Assembly: GCA_016839785.1 (NCBI GenBank)
Contig: JAEOTQ010000166.1
Location: 1-49,909 of the forward strand
Source of the DNA: Candidatus Hodarchaeota archaeon
GTDB lineage: Archaea; Asgardarchaeota; Heimdallarchaeia; Hodarchaeales; Hodarchaeaceae
Length of the DNA: 49,909 nucleotides
Direction of reading: 5' to 3'
Position numbers and translations under genes: made by a program
In this document: positions 36,249-46,231 of the stretch, one piece after another
How the letters are laid out: the number at the start of each line of letters is the position of its first letter
Position numbering within the stretch: position 1 is the first letter of the stretch
Notes under the pieces: generated by a model
Told to the model about the DNA's origin: nothing
What the model saw: only the letters and a program-made list of their open reading frames with translations
Database searches by the model: none

Positions 36249-37877
36249 TTGGTATCTTGGACGCACAAATATGCGCCCCAAACTAGATCCGAGGTTGTTG
36301 GTAATACCACTAGCGTTAATTCAATTATTGGATATTTAAACCGTTTTAGAAATTTAAAATTAAGAACCAAAAAATCTAAAAATGCGTTGCTACTTTTTGG
36401 TCCCCCAGGAATAGGGAAAACGAGTTCGGTACTTGCTATCGCTCAATCTCTAAATTTTGATGTTGTAATTGTAAATGCCAGTGACAAACGAAACAAAGCT
36501 TCTCTTCAAACGGTGAGAAATGCATCTCTCTTTAGTTCATTAGAAGAAAGCTTAAATGACAAAGTCATTGGGCAAATTCTGTTGATTGATGAAGTGGACG
36601 GCTTAAGCGGAAGCGCTGATCGGGGGGGGATTAGAGAAATTATCGATATAATAAAATCGACAAGAGTACCGATAATACTGACTGCAAATGAAATTTCGAA
36701 TCAAAAATTCAAAACATTACGTACTTATTGCGAATTGAGCAGGTTTGATTCTCCTGAAGACAATGAGATCCTAAGAATTCTTAAAAGAATATCAGCTGCA
36801 GAATCTATCACAGTTTCTGACGAAGTTCTTCTTCTCCTTATTGAAAATAGCAATCATGATATTCGTGGCTCAATAAACTCATTACAAACACTCTCGATTG
36901 GAAGACAAACTATTAATGAAGAGGATCTATCAATTCTATCGTATCGAGACCAATCAGTCGAAATCCGTGAATTTCTCAGAAGCATTTTTATTGAACGAGA
37001 TGGGGAAAAAGCTTATCGACAGACACGTTTGCTTGCAGATGTTGATCATAATAAATTATTACTGATCTTAAGGGATGTTACTGCAAGAATAATAGGACAA
37101 GATGATTTCCAAAAATTATCAGAGGTATATTCACTATTAGCTCAAGCAGATCTAGCATTAACACGTGCTTCCCGTCAAAGAATTTGGTCTCAGTTGTATT
37201 ATTTTTATTTTCATGTAACCAAAGGATTAACGGCTCTCATCCCTTCAGTTGATTATTTACCTCCGTTCCAAGATTGGCAGTTACAAGTACCTCAATTCTG
37301 GATCACATTATCCAGACAAAGAAGAGGGAAAAACATTGCATTAAAAGTAGGTAAATCATGTTTGGTGTCAGCAAATGTAGCAATTCGTGATTTCTTTCCG
37401 TATCTCAGAATTATATTTAATAATGATCCTGAGATGGCTGCTGAGTTGGCGCTCGAATTTAAATTGTTTGATATCGAACCAGGTAAACGAAAAACAAAAA
37501 TTGTTTGGAACAAAGAAATAGATTATTTTGCTAAGGATATTGTAATAAAAAAGAAAATTAAGAGCCTTATTCAAACAAAATTTCCTCTGATTGAAAAAAT
37601 CCAAAAGCAAGATATAGATGAGGCTGTTCTGTTAGAAGCTCAGGAACAGCAAGTAGCATTAAAGAAGGCCTATAAGCTTAAAGTCGCTTCCTCTAGAAAG
37701 AATCAAAAAGAACCTAAGAATATATCGAAATCCTCTAGTAAGCAAAGAAAGAAAACTTCCTCCTCTAAATTGCCAGCTAAGAAAGTAGTGTCCGTAGATA
37801 AGGTGAAAGTTTATAAATCGAAGAAGAAAGAGAAAAAATCTAAAAAGACAACAAAAACGCTTGCGGAGTATTTTTAG
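36249..37877 (+). CDS. rfcL: Replication factor C large subunit
   Basis: WTHKYAP, GPPGIGKTS, NASDKR, IDEVDG, DIRGSINSLQ; Lys-rich tail ending TLAEYF. Confidence 0.94.
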   Translation: MVSWTHKYAPQTRSEVVGNTTSVNSIIGYLNRFRNLKLRTKKSKNALLLFGPPGIGKTSSVLAIAQSLNFDVVIVNASDKRNKASLQTVRNASLFSSLEESLNDKVIGQILLIDEVDGLSGSADRGGIREIIDIIKSTRVPIILTANEISNQKFKTLRTYCELSRFDSPEDNEILRILKRISAAESITVSDEVLLLLIENSNHDIRGSINSLQTLSIGRQTINEEDLSILSYRDQSVEIREFLRSIFIERDGEKAYRQTRLLADVDHNKLLLILRDVTARIIGQDDFQKLSEVYSLLAQADLALTRASRQRIWSQLYYFYFHVTKGLTALIPSVDYLPPFQDWQLQVPQFWITLSRQRRGKNIALKVGKSCLVSANVAIRDFFPYLRIIFNNDPEMAAELALEFKLFDIEPGKRKTKIVWNKEIDYFAKDIVIKKKIKSLIQTKFPLIEKIQKQDIDEAVLLEAQEQQVALKKAYKLKVASSRKNQKEPKNISKSSSKQRKKTSSSKLPAKKVVSVDKVKVYKSKKKEKKSKKTTKTLAEYF

Positions 37878-37898
37878 AGTAATAATTTGAATCATAAA

Positions 37899-39788
37899 TT
37901 AATATTGTTCCAACTGATACTGGGCTTTAGAGTGCATAAAGCTAATTTCTAAATCTTTCGCTTCCTGGGCAATCTGACGGATCATATTTAGTCCATTCAC
38001 TTGGAAACCTTGTTTTATTCTTAGATTCGCTTTTAAAAATTGAGCATCAAGTAATAATCCAAGACTCCCACTTGTCGAAGCTTTCTCATCTGCAAATGAA
38101 AGATGTCGTTCTGCAAGTTTTAAATTCCCTTTTTCAATCTCAAGGTAACCTAAGCTTAAATGTGCAGTAATATAATTTTTTAAGTTAACTAAGTCCGTAC
38201 TAATTACATCTAAGGAATTAAGGAACCATTTGGATGCTTCTGTAAAGTCTTCCATTAATAAATAGGTATTTCCTTTGGTTAAATAGATGAGAGACAATCC
38301 AGTAATGGAATTCCATTGATTTAATTGTTCTTCTGCCTGTTCTAAAAGTTTCAAGGCAGCATCTTCATGAGAATGAAGTGTTAGAAGTTCAGCTAGGAGT
38401 GAAACGTTTTTGGGATTCGTTCTATTCTTTTCTTGAAATAATGGTTGCAGTACATTGATACCATCTTTAAAATTCATTTGGTTTCGATAAAAAATTGCCT
38501 GAGAGCGTAAGAAACGGGTGAACACAGGTGAAGTAGTTTTGAGAGAAACGAGTTTTTCCCTCCCGCTTTCAAAAATTCTCCGTGCAGTCTCAAAATCGCC
38601 TCTCGCCACGGCAATATCACCACGAGTATGGGCAATATCGAGCTGTAAGGGATTTCTTATTTCACTTGATAGATCTAAATGATTAAGAGTTCGCTCTGCA
38701 TAATTTAAGTGTTCTATGGCTTTTGCCCATGAATTTAAGCCTTTTAGTATCTTCGCATAATTTAGGTTTGCCTGTAAAAAATAAGTTATTTTGAGGTCGT
38801 CATCTGTTGATCTCACTGCTGAATTCAAGAAGTGGAGTGCCCATTCCTGAGCCTCAATAAATCGGTGTAAATTATAGAAGAAATTACTAAGTTTTTCTTC
38901 GGTAAACATTATCGATAGTTCATTCTTTTGGATTGTATGTATATATAATTTCATAGAAAGCATATCTAGAGTTTTTTTGTACAACCCGATTCTCCAAAAT
39001 CCCCCAGCCATTTCATCCAGACTATCTCCGATACTAGATTTATCATCTAGGATCTCAATGATTTTTTCCGCACGTTGAAAGAGGTAAAGTCCTTTCGAGA
39101 TAGTAGTGCGGTTCAGAATTTGAAGACAACCAGCTAGGACTGCAAATGATATAGCTGTAGGATTTCCCTCCAATGCTTGTATATTTTTTAATGCTAGTTC
39201 AAATAGAACGTTTGTTTCTTTAAAGCGTCCAGCTTCATACAGTTTAATCGCTTTCTCGACATAACTTGACGATTCGTGATAGATCGAGGAGGGGGATCGA
39301 AGAAGTGTTACAGAGCTTCTAACGATGTTGATTAAATTTCTCTGAACATTAAACCTATCGATCAGCTCCAAATCTATTTCTTCGGTCAAGCGACTATCTC
39401 TGAAGTCCAAAATGCTTTCAGCTGTCGTGAAGAATTTGTTATCTTCTATAGCATTCCACAGAATTTTCGCTGTTTGAACTTCGGCTTCCCATGGTTCACT
39501 CCCTGTTGCACGTGTCTCTTCATACACTTTCTTAAAAATATCCATGAAATCCTGCTGCCATAAGAATTCAATTTGACGAGATTTATTATACAAAGCCATC
39601 TTGTCTGTGACAATCTGTGAAAAGAGTTTTCCACTTAATAGAAAGTACGAGTCTTTATTAGTAATACCTCGAAGACTTTTTATAATTTCTTCTTCCCTTT
39701 GCTTAGTATTTAAATTTTCAATATCTCCAAAAGCAATACTTTGAAGATATTTATTAATAATGGATAGCTGGGACTGGGAGGCGTTCAC
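37899..39788 (-). CDS. Tetratricopeptide-repeat protein
   Basis: TPR-like repeats (KGNTYLLMEDFTEASKWF, LGYLEIEKGNLKLAERHL, RGDIAVARGDFETARRIF). Confidence 0.78.
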   Translation of the reverse strand: MNASQSQLSIINKYLQSIAFGDIENLNTKQREEEIIKSLRGITNKDSYFLLSGKLFSQIVTDKMALYNKSRQIEFLWQQDFMDIFKKVYEETRATGSEPWEAEVQTAKILWNAIEDNKFFTTAESILDFRDSRLTEEIDLELIDRFNVQRNLINIVRSSVTLLRSPSSIYHESSSYVEKAIKLYEAGRFKETNVLFELALKNIQALEGNPTAISFAVLAGCLQILNRTTISKGLYLFQRAEKIIEILDDKSSIGDSLDEMAGGFWRIGLYKKTLDMLSMKLYIHTIQKNELSIMFTEEKLSNFFYNLHRFIEAQEWALHFLNSAVRSTDDDLKITYFLQANLNYAKILKGLNSWAKAIEHLNYAERTLNHLDLSSEIRNPLQLDIAHTRGDIAVARGDFETARRIFESGREKLVSLKTTSPVFTRFLRSQAIFYRNQMNFKDGINVLQPLFQEKNRTNPKNVSLLAELLTLHSHEDAALKLLEQAEEQLNQWNSITGLSLIYLTKGNTYLLMEDFTEASKWFLNSLDVISTDLVNLKNYITAHLSLGYLEIEKGNLKLAERHLSFADEKASTSGSLGLLLDAQFLKANLRIKQGFQVNGLNMIRQIAQEAKDLEISFMHSKAQYQLEQY

Positions 39789-39851
39789 AAAAATATAATA
39801 GAATAATACTAATAAAAGACTGACGAAAAGAGTCTGAGTTTTATTTTAAGA

Positions 39852-40955
39852 ATGAGCTGGTTACATATGAATCAAAAGCTTTTAAGGGTTGAAAAACTGC
39901 AACACGAGATGCGAAGTTCTAATATTGATATAATTATTGTACCTCTCGGTATTAATTTTAAATGGCTGTATAATATTAAAGAGGAACCATCTGAAAGACT
40001 TCTAATCAGTATTATTGGGTCTGAGGATCCGCCAAAATTTCTTGTTCCTGCTTTTGAATCAAATCGTATCAAAAAGGTTACTGGCATTTCAGAAGTGACA
40101 GGATGGGAAGAAACTGAGGATCCTTTCGCAATATTAGCAAAGGATATAATTCCCATGAAAGTAAAAACGATTGGTATTGAGCCCAAATTGTGGTTCTCAG
40201 TTTATCAATCGATCTCCAAATTTTTACCGGAAAAGGAGTTCGTTAATGCGGAAAAAATATTCAATTCACTGAGAATGATTAAAGATGATTTCGAAATTGA
40301 TAGAATGCAGCAAGCTTACAAAAAATCGAGCAATGCAATTATTAAAACTCTCTATGATCTTGAACAGGGATTAACCGAATCAGAAGTCCAAGGTATTCTC
40401 AAAAACCGTTTACTCTGGGGACCTAATGAGTCATGTTTCAATCTAGTGCAATTTGGTGATAATTCTGCTTTGCCTCATTACCATGGGGGTGATAGACGAT
40501 TGAAAAAGAATGATGTAATACTGATTGATGCAGGTGGTACCACCGATAATTATTGGGGAGATATAACAATCACTTCAGTTTTTGGGAAGGCAACTAGTAA
40601 ATTTAAAGAGGTTTTTGAGGTTGTAAATAAGGCCAACGTTCGTGGGAAAGAATTAGCCAGTCAAGGTCAGACCCCACATGATATTGATGTAGGAACGCGT
40701 AATATAATCTCCCAAGAAGGATATGGAGAATTTTTTACACATCGAACTGGTCATGGAATAGGATTAGAAGTTCATGAGCATCCTTATATTCTAGAGGGTA
40801 ATAAAGCTCCTTTAAAAACTGGTAATTGCTTTACTATTGAACCAGGTATATATCTTCCTGGAAAATTTGGTATTAGAATTGAGGATAATGTTATTAAACT
40901 GGATGATGGTATTTCTGCAAGTGAAATACCACGCCTTGAGCTTCTGGAGGTATGA
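39852..40955 (+). CDS. pepQ: Xaa-Pro peptidase (M24B)
   Basis: LPH, IDAG, GDIT, HRTGHGIGLEVHEHP, TIEPGIY, GIRIED. Confidence 0.9.
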   Translation: MSWLHMNQKLLRVEKLQHEMRSSNIDIIIVPLGINFKWLYNIKEEPSERLLISIIGSEDPPKFLVPAFESNRIKKVTGISEVTGWEETEDPFAILAKDIIPMKVKTIGIEPKLWFSVYQSISKFLPEKEFVNAEKIFNSLRMIKDDFEIDRMQQAYKKSSNAIIKTLYDLEQGLTESEVQGILKNRLLWGPNESCFNLVQFGDNSALPHYHGGDRRLKKNDVILIDAGGTTDNYWGDITITSVFGKATSKFKEVFEVVNKANVRGKELASQGQTPHDIDVGTRNIISQEGYGEFFTHRTGHGIGLEVHEHPYILEGNKAPLKTGNCFTIEPGIYLPGKFGIRIEDNVIKLDDGISASEIPRLELLEV

Positions 40956-41050
40956 GTAGACTGAAGTGATGCTTTATTTGTGTACCAAAATATATAAAAC
41001 AAATTACTAAAAGGAAAATATTAGAATCAACTTAGGAGACTCTTTAGAGG

Positions 41051-42064
41051 ATGGAAATTCGTAAAATCCAAGTTACTGGAGCAGGGGACACTAGGATTAT
41101 CTCTTTACCAAAAGATTGGGCAGCTCGTCATCATCTCGATAAGGGATCCAATGTTGTCATTAAAGAAATGTCCTCTGGTGAATTGTTGATTTATCCCACG
41201 GAAATTCCTGTTGAGAAAAGAACTACTAGGATTCAAGAATCAACACATGTTAGTCGTGATGTATTAGCCGCTTATCTGTTGGGAAGCGATGTTATAATAA
41301 TAGAATCAGAAAAAGATACTCCACTTATGAAGAAAAGTGTAATTAGAGATCTTAGTCGACAACTTGTGGGACTAGAAATCCTCGGGGAGACTCAAGAAAG
41401 CATAGAACTGCATTTTCTGATTGATTCAAGTTCACTTCCAAATCCGCGCGAATACGTTCATCGATGCTTTTCGATAGCAAACCAAATGCAAAGTGATGCA
41501 ATCTCAGCATTCATAAATGGTGACATAACCCTTGCAGAAGAAGTTATCGAACGGGATGTTGAAGTTAATCGTTTATACTTTCTTATTGTGAGAATGCTAA
41601 AGATAATGGTTAATGATAAACGAGAAATTTCCAATATAAAACCAACAACCTGTTTAGATTGGCGTATGGTAGCTGCTTATGGTGAGAATTTAGGAGATGC
41701 TTCAGTTGACTTCGCTACAACTGTAAAAAAGAATCAAGACATGAAAGGGACACTTACTAAGTCAACATTAAATAAGATCCAGCATCTAAGCAACTTGATA
41801 ACCACGGCGTTGACAGAAAGTTTGGATTCATTCTTTGCGGGCGATGTCCTATCTGCAGAAGAATTAAAGTCTAGAATCGATAATCAGTTAAAAAACATTC
41901 ACAAAGAAATTCAGGAAGACATCTCTAAGCATGATAAAGAAGTTGTGTCGAAATTAACATCACTTATTAGTTTTTTGGCTCAATTACGTGAAGTGGCTAT
42001 AGATATTGGCGATTTAGTAATCGCAAATGACTCATCGTTGAATGGGCATTATCTTAGAGATTAA
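41051..42064 (+). CDS. phoU: AbrB-PhoU archaeal phosphate uptake regulator
   Basis: RKIQVTG...ISLPKDWA N-terminal AbrB domain; ERDVEVNRLYFL..R, ENLGD and DIGD PhoU repeats. Confidence 0.85.
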   Translation: MEIRKIQVTGAGDTRIISLPKDWAARHHLDKGSNVVIKEMSSGELLIYPTEIPVEKRTTRIQESTHVSRDVLAAYLLGSDVIIIESEKDTPLMKKSVIRDLSRQLVGLEILGETQESIELHFLIDSSSLPNPREYVHRCFSIANQMQSDAISAFINGDITLAEEVIERDVEVNRLYFLIVRMLKIMVNDKREISNIKPTTCLDWRMVAAYGENLGDASVDFATTVKKNQDMKGTLTKSTLNKIQHLSNLITTALTESLDSFFAGDVLSAEELKSRIDNQLKNIHKEIQEDISKHDKEVVSKLTSLISFLAQLREVAIDIGDLVIANDSSLNGHYLRD

Positions 42065-42131
42065 CGGATTCAGTAACGAAATGCTAATATAAAAAACTAC
42101 AGGACTATCCCTCAGTAAGGAAAGATAATCT

Positions 42132-42362
42132 ATGTCCATTAAAGATCAAATCGTAAGTAATTTGGAACAGATAAGACCAGCTCTGCAACGAGATGGTGGC
42201 GATGTCGAATATGTTGATTATGACGTTGATAGCGGTATTCTTAAAGTGAGATTAATGGGTACCTGCCGAGGTTGTCCCTATTCACAAATGACACTTTCAA
42301 ATGGAATCAAAACGAGACTTCAACAGAATTTTCCTGACCTTAAAGACGTTGTTTCCGTCTAG
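42132..42362 (+). CDS. NifU/NfuA C-terminal domain Fe-S carrier
   Basis: IRPALQRDGGDVE...LMGTCRGCPYSQMTL..GI. Confidence 0.92.
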   Translation: MSIKDQIVSNLEQIRPALQRDGGDVEYVDYDVDSGILKVRLMGTCRGCPYSQMTLSNGIKTRLQQNFPDLKDVVSV

Positions 42363-42573
42363 TAATTTTAGAATGGTTAATCACAAAGGGTAGGGAGTTT
42401 ATTTTTCTTTTGGCCTATTGTCAATCCCGATTGGGTTGGATGTTATACCACACCTCTAAAATTTGGAGATATGAATTTCCCACTAAATTCTTACGTTTCG
42501 GTGGTTGTCAATACTCTCTGAAATGAATCCTTTAAATACAACTTTAGTTTTATTTCTAGAAACGAGTGACTAG

Positions 42574-43914
42574 TTGAGTTGTTTGAAGACAGAAGTTAAA
42601 CTGATAGAAGAGAAATCATTTATGGAATTTAGCAGGGCTAAGGTAATTAGAGATCTGTCACGAAAATTACCCAACCTTCATTCTCCTAACACCATTTTAA
42701 AATTTCTGCTCACTCTGCTAAAAGATCACTATTCTTTCGAATTTATCTTCTTAAGTGACCCGAATAAAAGACCTGGATTGCTAATTCAGCCAAAAAAACT
42801 AGTTTTTTCTTCTAAAGATATTTCTGAGTTTCATAATGGCCTAAAATCGCAAAAAATTGATGAAGATATTTCGTACCATCGATTCGGTGAGCAAGACAAT
42901 TCTGATTTTACATTGGGAGGTATCTCTATTCGAGAGATGCTCATTTCTCGGATTGAAACAAAGTATATACCTCACCGATTCTTTGGAATGATCAGCTTTG
43001 ATGAAACATTAGCATTAAAGAAAGCAGATTTGGATTTTTTTCAGACGATTTCTAGCATGTTATCGCTCAAGTTTGCCAATATTGAACTTGAGAAGTCAGT
43101 TAAACGTGCTGAAACACAGATAGTGGATGACTCACAACGATTACATAGAGAAAACGAGCAACGATCTGAACTACTAAAAAAAATCAAGTTACAGACACAA
43201 GAACTTCGTTTAAAATCACAAGAAGTGGAAGAATTTGTGTACAGTGCTAGTCATGATTTGAAGACTCCTGTTATTTCGATTTTAGGGTTTATTGAGACAC
43301 TAAAGACTGACTCAAAGACTATTCTTACTCCAGAAAGTTCTTTCTATCTTGAACGAATGGAAAGTAACACACTCCATGTAATAGCCATGATTGACGAAAT
43401 CTTGGAGTATTCTCGTATTGGTAGATTTACACAAGAAAAAACCATCGTAAATCTATCCACAATAATTAATGAATCCCTCCTAAGATTTTCACAAGAGATT
43501 AAGAAGAAACAAATTAGGGTAGAGCTAGATCCTGAATTTCCTGACGTAGAAGTTGAATTGAATCGCATGGTTCAGCTTTTTGACAATTTACTTGGAAATT
43601 GCATTAAATTTATGGGTAATCAATCTTCTCCTTCAATTAAAGTAGGAATAAGTGATCGAGACTCTGAATATGTGAAGATTTATGTGGAAGATAATGGAAT
43701 CGGTATACCTGAAGGCTCATTAGGAAAAGTATTCAATTTGTTCTCTCGAGCGTCAAATGTGGATGAAAACATTGAGGGGACGGGAATCGGTTTAGCCCAA
43801 GTGAAGAAAATTGTCGAAATACATAATGGAAAAATCTGGCTTGAGAGTACAGAAGGGGAAGGAACAACTATTTCATTTACCCTTCCTTTAATACGCCAAA
43901 AAGGTACGACCTAA
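42574..43914 (+). CDS. Cytoplasmic sensor histidine kinase (GAF-like + coiled coil + HisKA + HATPase)
   Basis: H box ASHDLKTP, N box NLLGNCIKF, DNGIGI, F box VFNLF, GTGIGL, GEGTT. Confidence 0.92.
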   Translation: MSCLKTEVKLIEEKSFMEFSRAKVIRDLSRKLPNLHSPNTILKFLLTLLKDHYSFEFIFLSDPNKRPGLLIQPKKLVFSSKDISEFHNGLKSQKIDEDISYHRFGEQDNSDFTLGGISIREMLISRIETKYIPHRFFGMISFDETLALKKADLDFFQTISSMLSLKFANIELEKSVKRAETQIVDDSQRLHRENEQRSELLKKIKLQTQELRLKSQEVEEFVYSASHDLKTPVISILGFIETLKTDSKTILTPESSFYLERMESNTLHVIAMIDEILEYSRIGRFTQEKTIVNLSTIINESLLRFSQEIKKKQIRVELDPEFPDVEVELNRMVQLFDNLLGNCIKFMGNQSSPSIKVGISDRDSEYVKIYVEDNGIGIPEGSLGKVFNLFSRASNVDENIEGTGIGLAQVKKIVEIHNGKIWLESTEGEGTTISFTLPLIRQKGTT

Positions 43915-44684
43915 GTATTTACGAATTCGATTATTCGGTTGAATAGTTCTGGAGCATCTGGATCAGTAGTAAAGTTATGTCCAGAGTTTGGAAACTTTTC
44001 AATTATTATTTCTACCTTTGAACTGAATTTCTTCCTAATAACCTGGTCAATTTCCGTTGTCGCGATAGTGTCATCTAGACTTCCATAGGCAATCAGTGTC
44101 GGAATTTCTATTTGGATTGATCTGGTGTGAAAATATCTCCGAAGCTTCAGATATTGAGCTATTGCCTTTGTAGGATAATAATAATAGGCGTAGAGATCAT
44201 GATCTATATAATATTGAAGTACGGAATCTCCTTTGTACACATACTTAACAAAATGAGATAAAATGGGAGCTAGTTTCGCCAATTTCGATTTAAGTCCAAA
44301 TGCAGGAGCTAAAAGTACAATTTTCTTGAAATTCGTGTTTTTTTTGTCGTGAATCAGAAGTATCGACAGAAGAGCTCCCATGGATATACCAATTGGAATA
44401 ATTGCATCACATTTCTTTGCAAGAAGGTTTAGTCCTTCGGTACAGGAGTTTATCCAATCAAGATAAGAATAATTTGGGAGATCTTGATATTTTGTACCAT
44501 GTCCCGCAAGACATACTCCATGAACACTGAAACCTTTTTCATGCAAAGATTTGCCAAGAGATAACATTTCTGTAGGGGAGGCAGTAAGTCCGTGAGTTAA
44601 AAGTACACCTGTACTTGATCCTTCAAAATAGAATGGTTGTGCATATTTTTTCAAGTGTTCTAGTTTATCCTGTTGTTTATCCAT
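43911..44684 (-). CDS. Alpha/beta hydrolase (carboxylesterase/monoacylglycerol lipase-like)
   Basis: HGLTASP, GHGT, GISMG nucleophile, D and SGH triad residues. Confidence 0.9.
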   Translation of the reverse strand: MDKQQDKLEHLKKYAQPFYFEGSSTGVLLTHGLTASPTEMLSLGKSLHEKGFSVHGVCLAGHGTKYQDLPNYSYLDWINSCTEGLNLLAKKCDAIIPIGISMGALLSILLIHDKKNTNFKKIVLLAPAFGLKSKLAKLAPILSHFVKYVYKGDSVLQYYIDHDLYAYYYYPTKAIAQYLKLRRYFHTRSIQIEIPTLIAYGSLDDTIATTEIDQVIRKKFSSKVEIIIEKFPNSGHNFTTDPDAPELFNRIIEFVNT

Positions 44685-44832
44685 ATTTTCACGACATTAC
44701 TAACCAATAATTACTTCTGAAGATTCATAGATGAGTTGATTGCTATAGAAAACTATGTTCAATAATACTCAAGAATCGTTTAATGAATGATATTTAATTA
44801 GTTGCGAGTAAGTTCATTCGAGAGGCAAACAT

Positions 44833-46215
44833 ATGAAATCTTCAACCATTCCTTCTTATAAGCACTTATATGTTGGAGTGTTACTTCTAGGTCTTTTTTC
44901 AATCAATGTTTTGTCTGTGATGGTAGTCGCTCAATCTGACGCAAATTTTGTCATAAATGAAAAATCAGAGGTAATAAGATTAGTACAAACTCGACTCGAT
45001 CATTTTAATGGTGTGAATGCTATAATGGCTCAAACATCAACAAGTTCATTAGGAGTATTATTCGGTACTGCTAATAACGCCTTTCCTTTGTCATTTTTCA
45101 CAGATTTTACCCAAAAACTCGCTGAAATTGAATTTCAAAATCGTCAAGGTACAATAACTAATAGGACCCAATTGATGACTCGAAATATCTTCCTTGTTAA
45201 GCTGGTTAGAATCATAGAATATGATAATGAGGGCACTGATAATAAATTCAATAGTACACTTATTTCCCCAAGTATTAAAAAGTTTATTGATTTGTCTACA
45301 GTAAAATTTGAGTACTCCAATGCGAGCCAATCCTCATCTAATGAGTCCGCTACCCAACTGAACTATCACTTAGATTTTTTTGCTGTTGATGTGCCGTACA
45401 GATTTGTTTCTCCAACAAATAAACTTGACTCTTTGGTGTTTTCTATTGATTTCGTGGTTGAAAAATCACAAGTTTCTGTACCCACAATTCCTAAGATTAA
45501 AATTCGTTCAGATGGAAACAGATTTTCAGTAAATCGAACTACTGATTCTCAAACGATTGATGCAATTCGTTTTGCTCCTCAACTGAAATTTTCTTGCAAC
45601 ATTAGTGGATGGGATTTTTCTACATCCACTTCCCAACTTGTATTAGAAGTCGCTTTTTTTGCGCATGAAGAAATTTTGGGATTAGCTTCTAGAATTGGAG
45701 ACTTAGCGCTCTCTCGAGAGGTCTTAAAGAATTCTGATCTTCTTGGCCAGTTTAAATTTTCCACATTACTCAATGGTCAATCACAAAGCCATATTTTAGA
45801 CCAATCTAATGCTCAAAAGGTAAATTATACAGCTAATTCTTTTGCTAACAATCGTTTTTCTCTTGGAAATTCACTTAGAGATTTTTTGAAATTTTCCTGG
45901 GCTCAAAATGTAAACGTGGATGGATCTAACCGTTCTGTCATTTTTCAACCTTTCTCATCAGACGGATTACCGATGTCATGGAGTCCATCAATTAGTCCCT
46001 TTGCAAAAACAATATTTCTCAATGGAGGATTTATCCTTCCCCAGGGAGATGAAATATTTTATGACCCTGAATTACAAGTCGAAGAATTAAACCCAATATT
46101 TACAATACTTCCTGCACCGAATAGAGTGATTATGGAAAGTTCTAGCCAAATAGTCATAATTAGCGGTTTTTTTGTTGGGATATTAATCATTATTCGTCAA
46201 CGATTCTCCAAATGA
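44833..46215 (+). CDS. Secreted, C-terminally membrane-anchored surface glycoprotein
   Basis: N-terminal signal peptide, multiple NxS/T sequons, C-terminal hydrophobic helix followed by RQR. Confidence 0.8.
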   Translation: MKSSTIPSYKHLYVGVLLLGLFSINVLSVMVVAQSDANFVINEKSEVIRLVQTRLDHFNGVNAIMAQTSTSSLGVLFGTANNAFPLSFFTDFTQKLAEIEFQNRQGTITNRTQLMTRNIFLVKLVRIIEYDNEGTDNKFNSTLISPSIKKFIDLSTVKFEYSNASQSSSNESATQLNYHLDFFAVDVPYRFVSPTNKLDSLVFSIDFVVEKSQVSVPTIPKIKIRSDGNRFSVNRTTDSQTIDAIRFAPQLKFSCNISGWDFSTSTSQLVLEVAFFAHEEILGLASRIGDLALSREVLKNSDLLGQFKFSTLLNGQSQSHILDQSNAQKVNYTANSFANNRFSLGNSLRDFLKFSWAQNVNVDGSNRSVIFQPFSSDGLPMSWSPSISPFAKTIFLNGGFILPQGDEIFYDPELQVEELNPIFTILPAPNRVIMESSSQIVIISGFFVGILIIIRQRFSK

Positions 46216-46231
46216 CCATAGATTAGTATAA

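Noticed and set aside
42420-42530. Resemblance of GTCAA..CCC..GGG, GGATG..CCA and TACGTT snippets to IS200/IS605 ends or HEARO/omega RNA
   Set aside because: The motif order does not match, and there is no tnpA/tnpB/iscB remnant nearby; kept only as a generic structured-element finding
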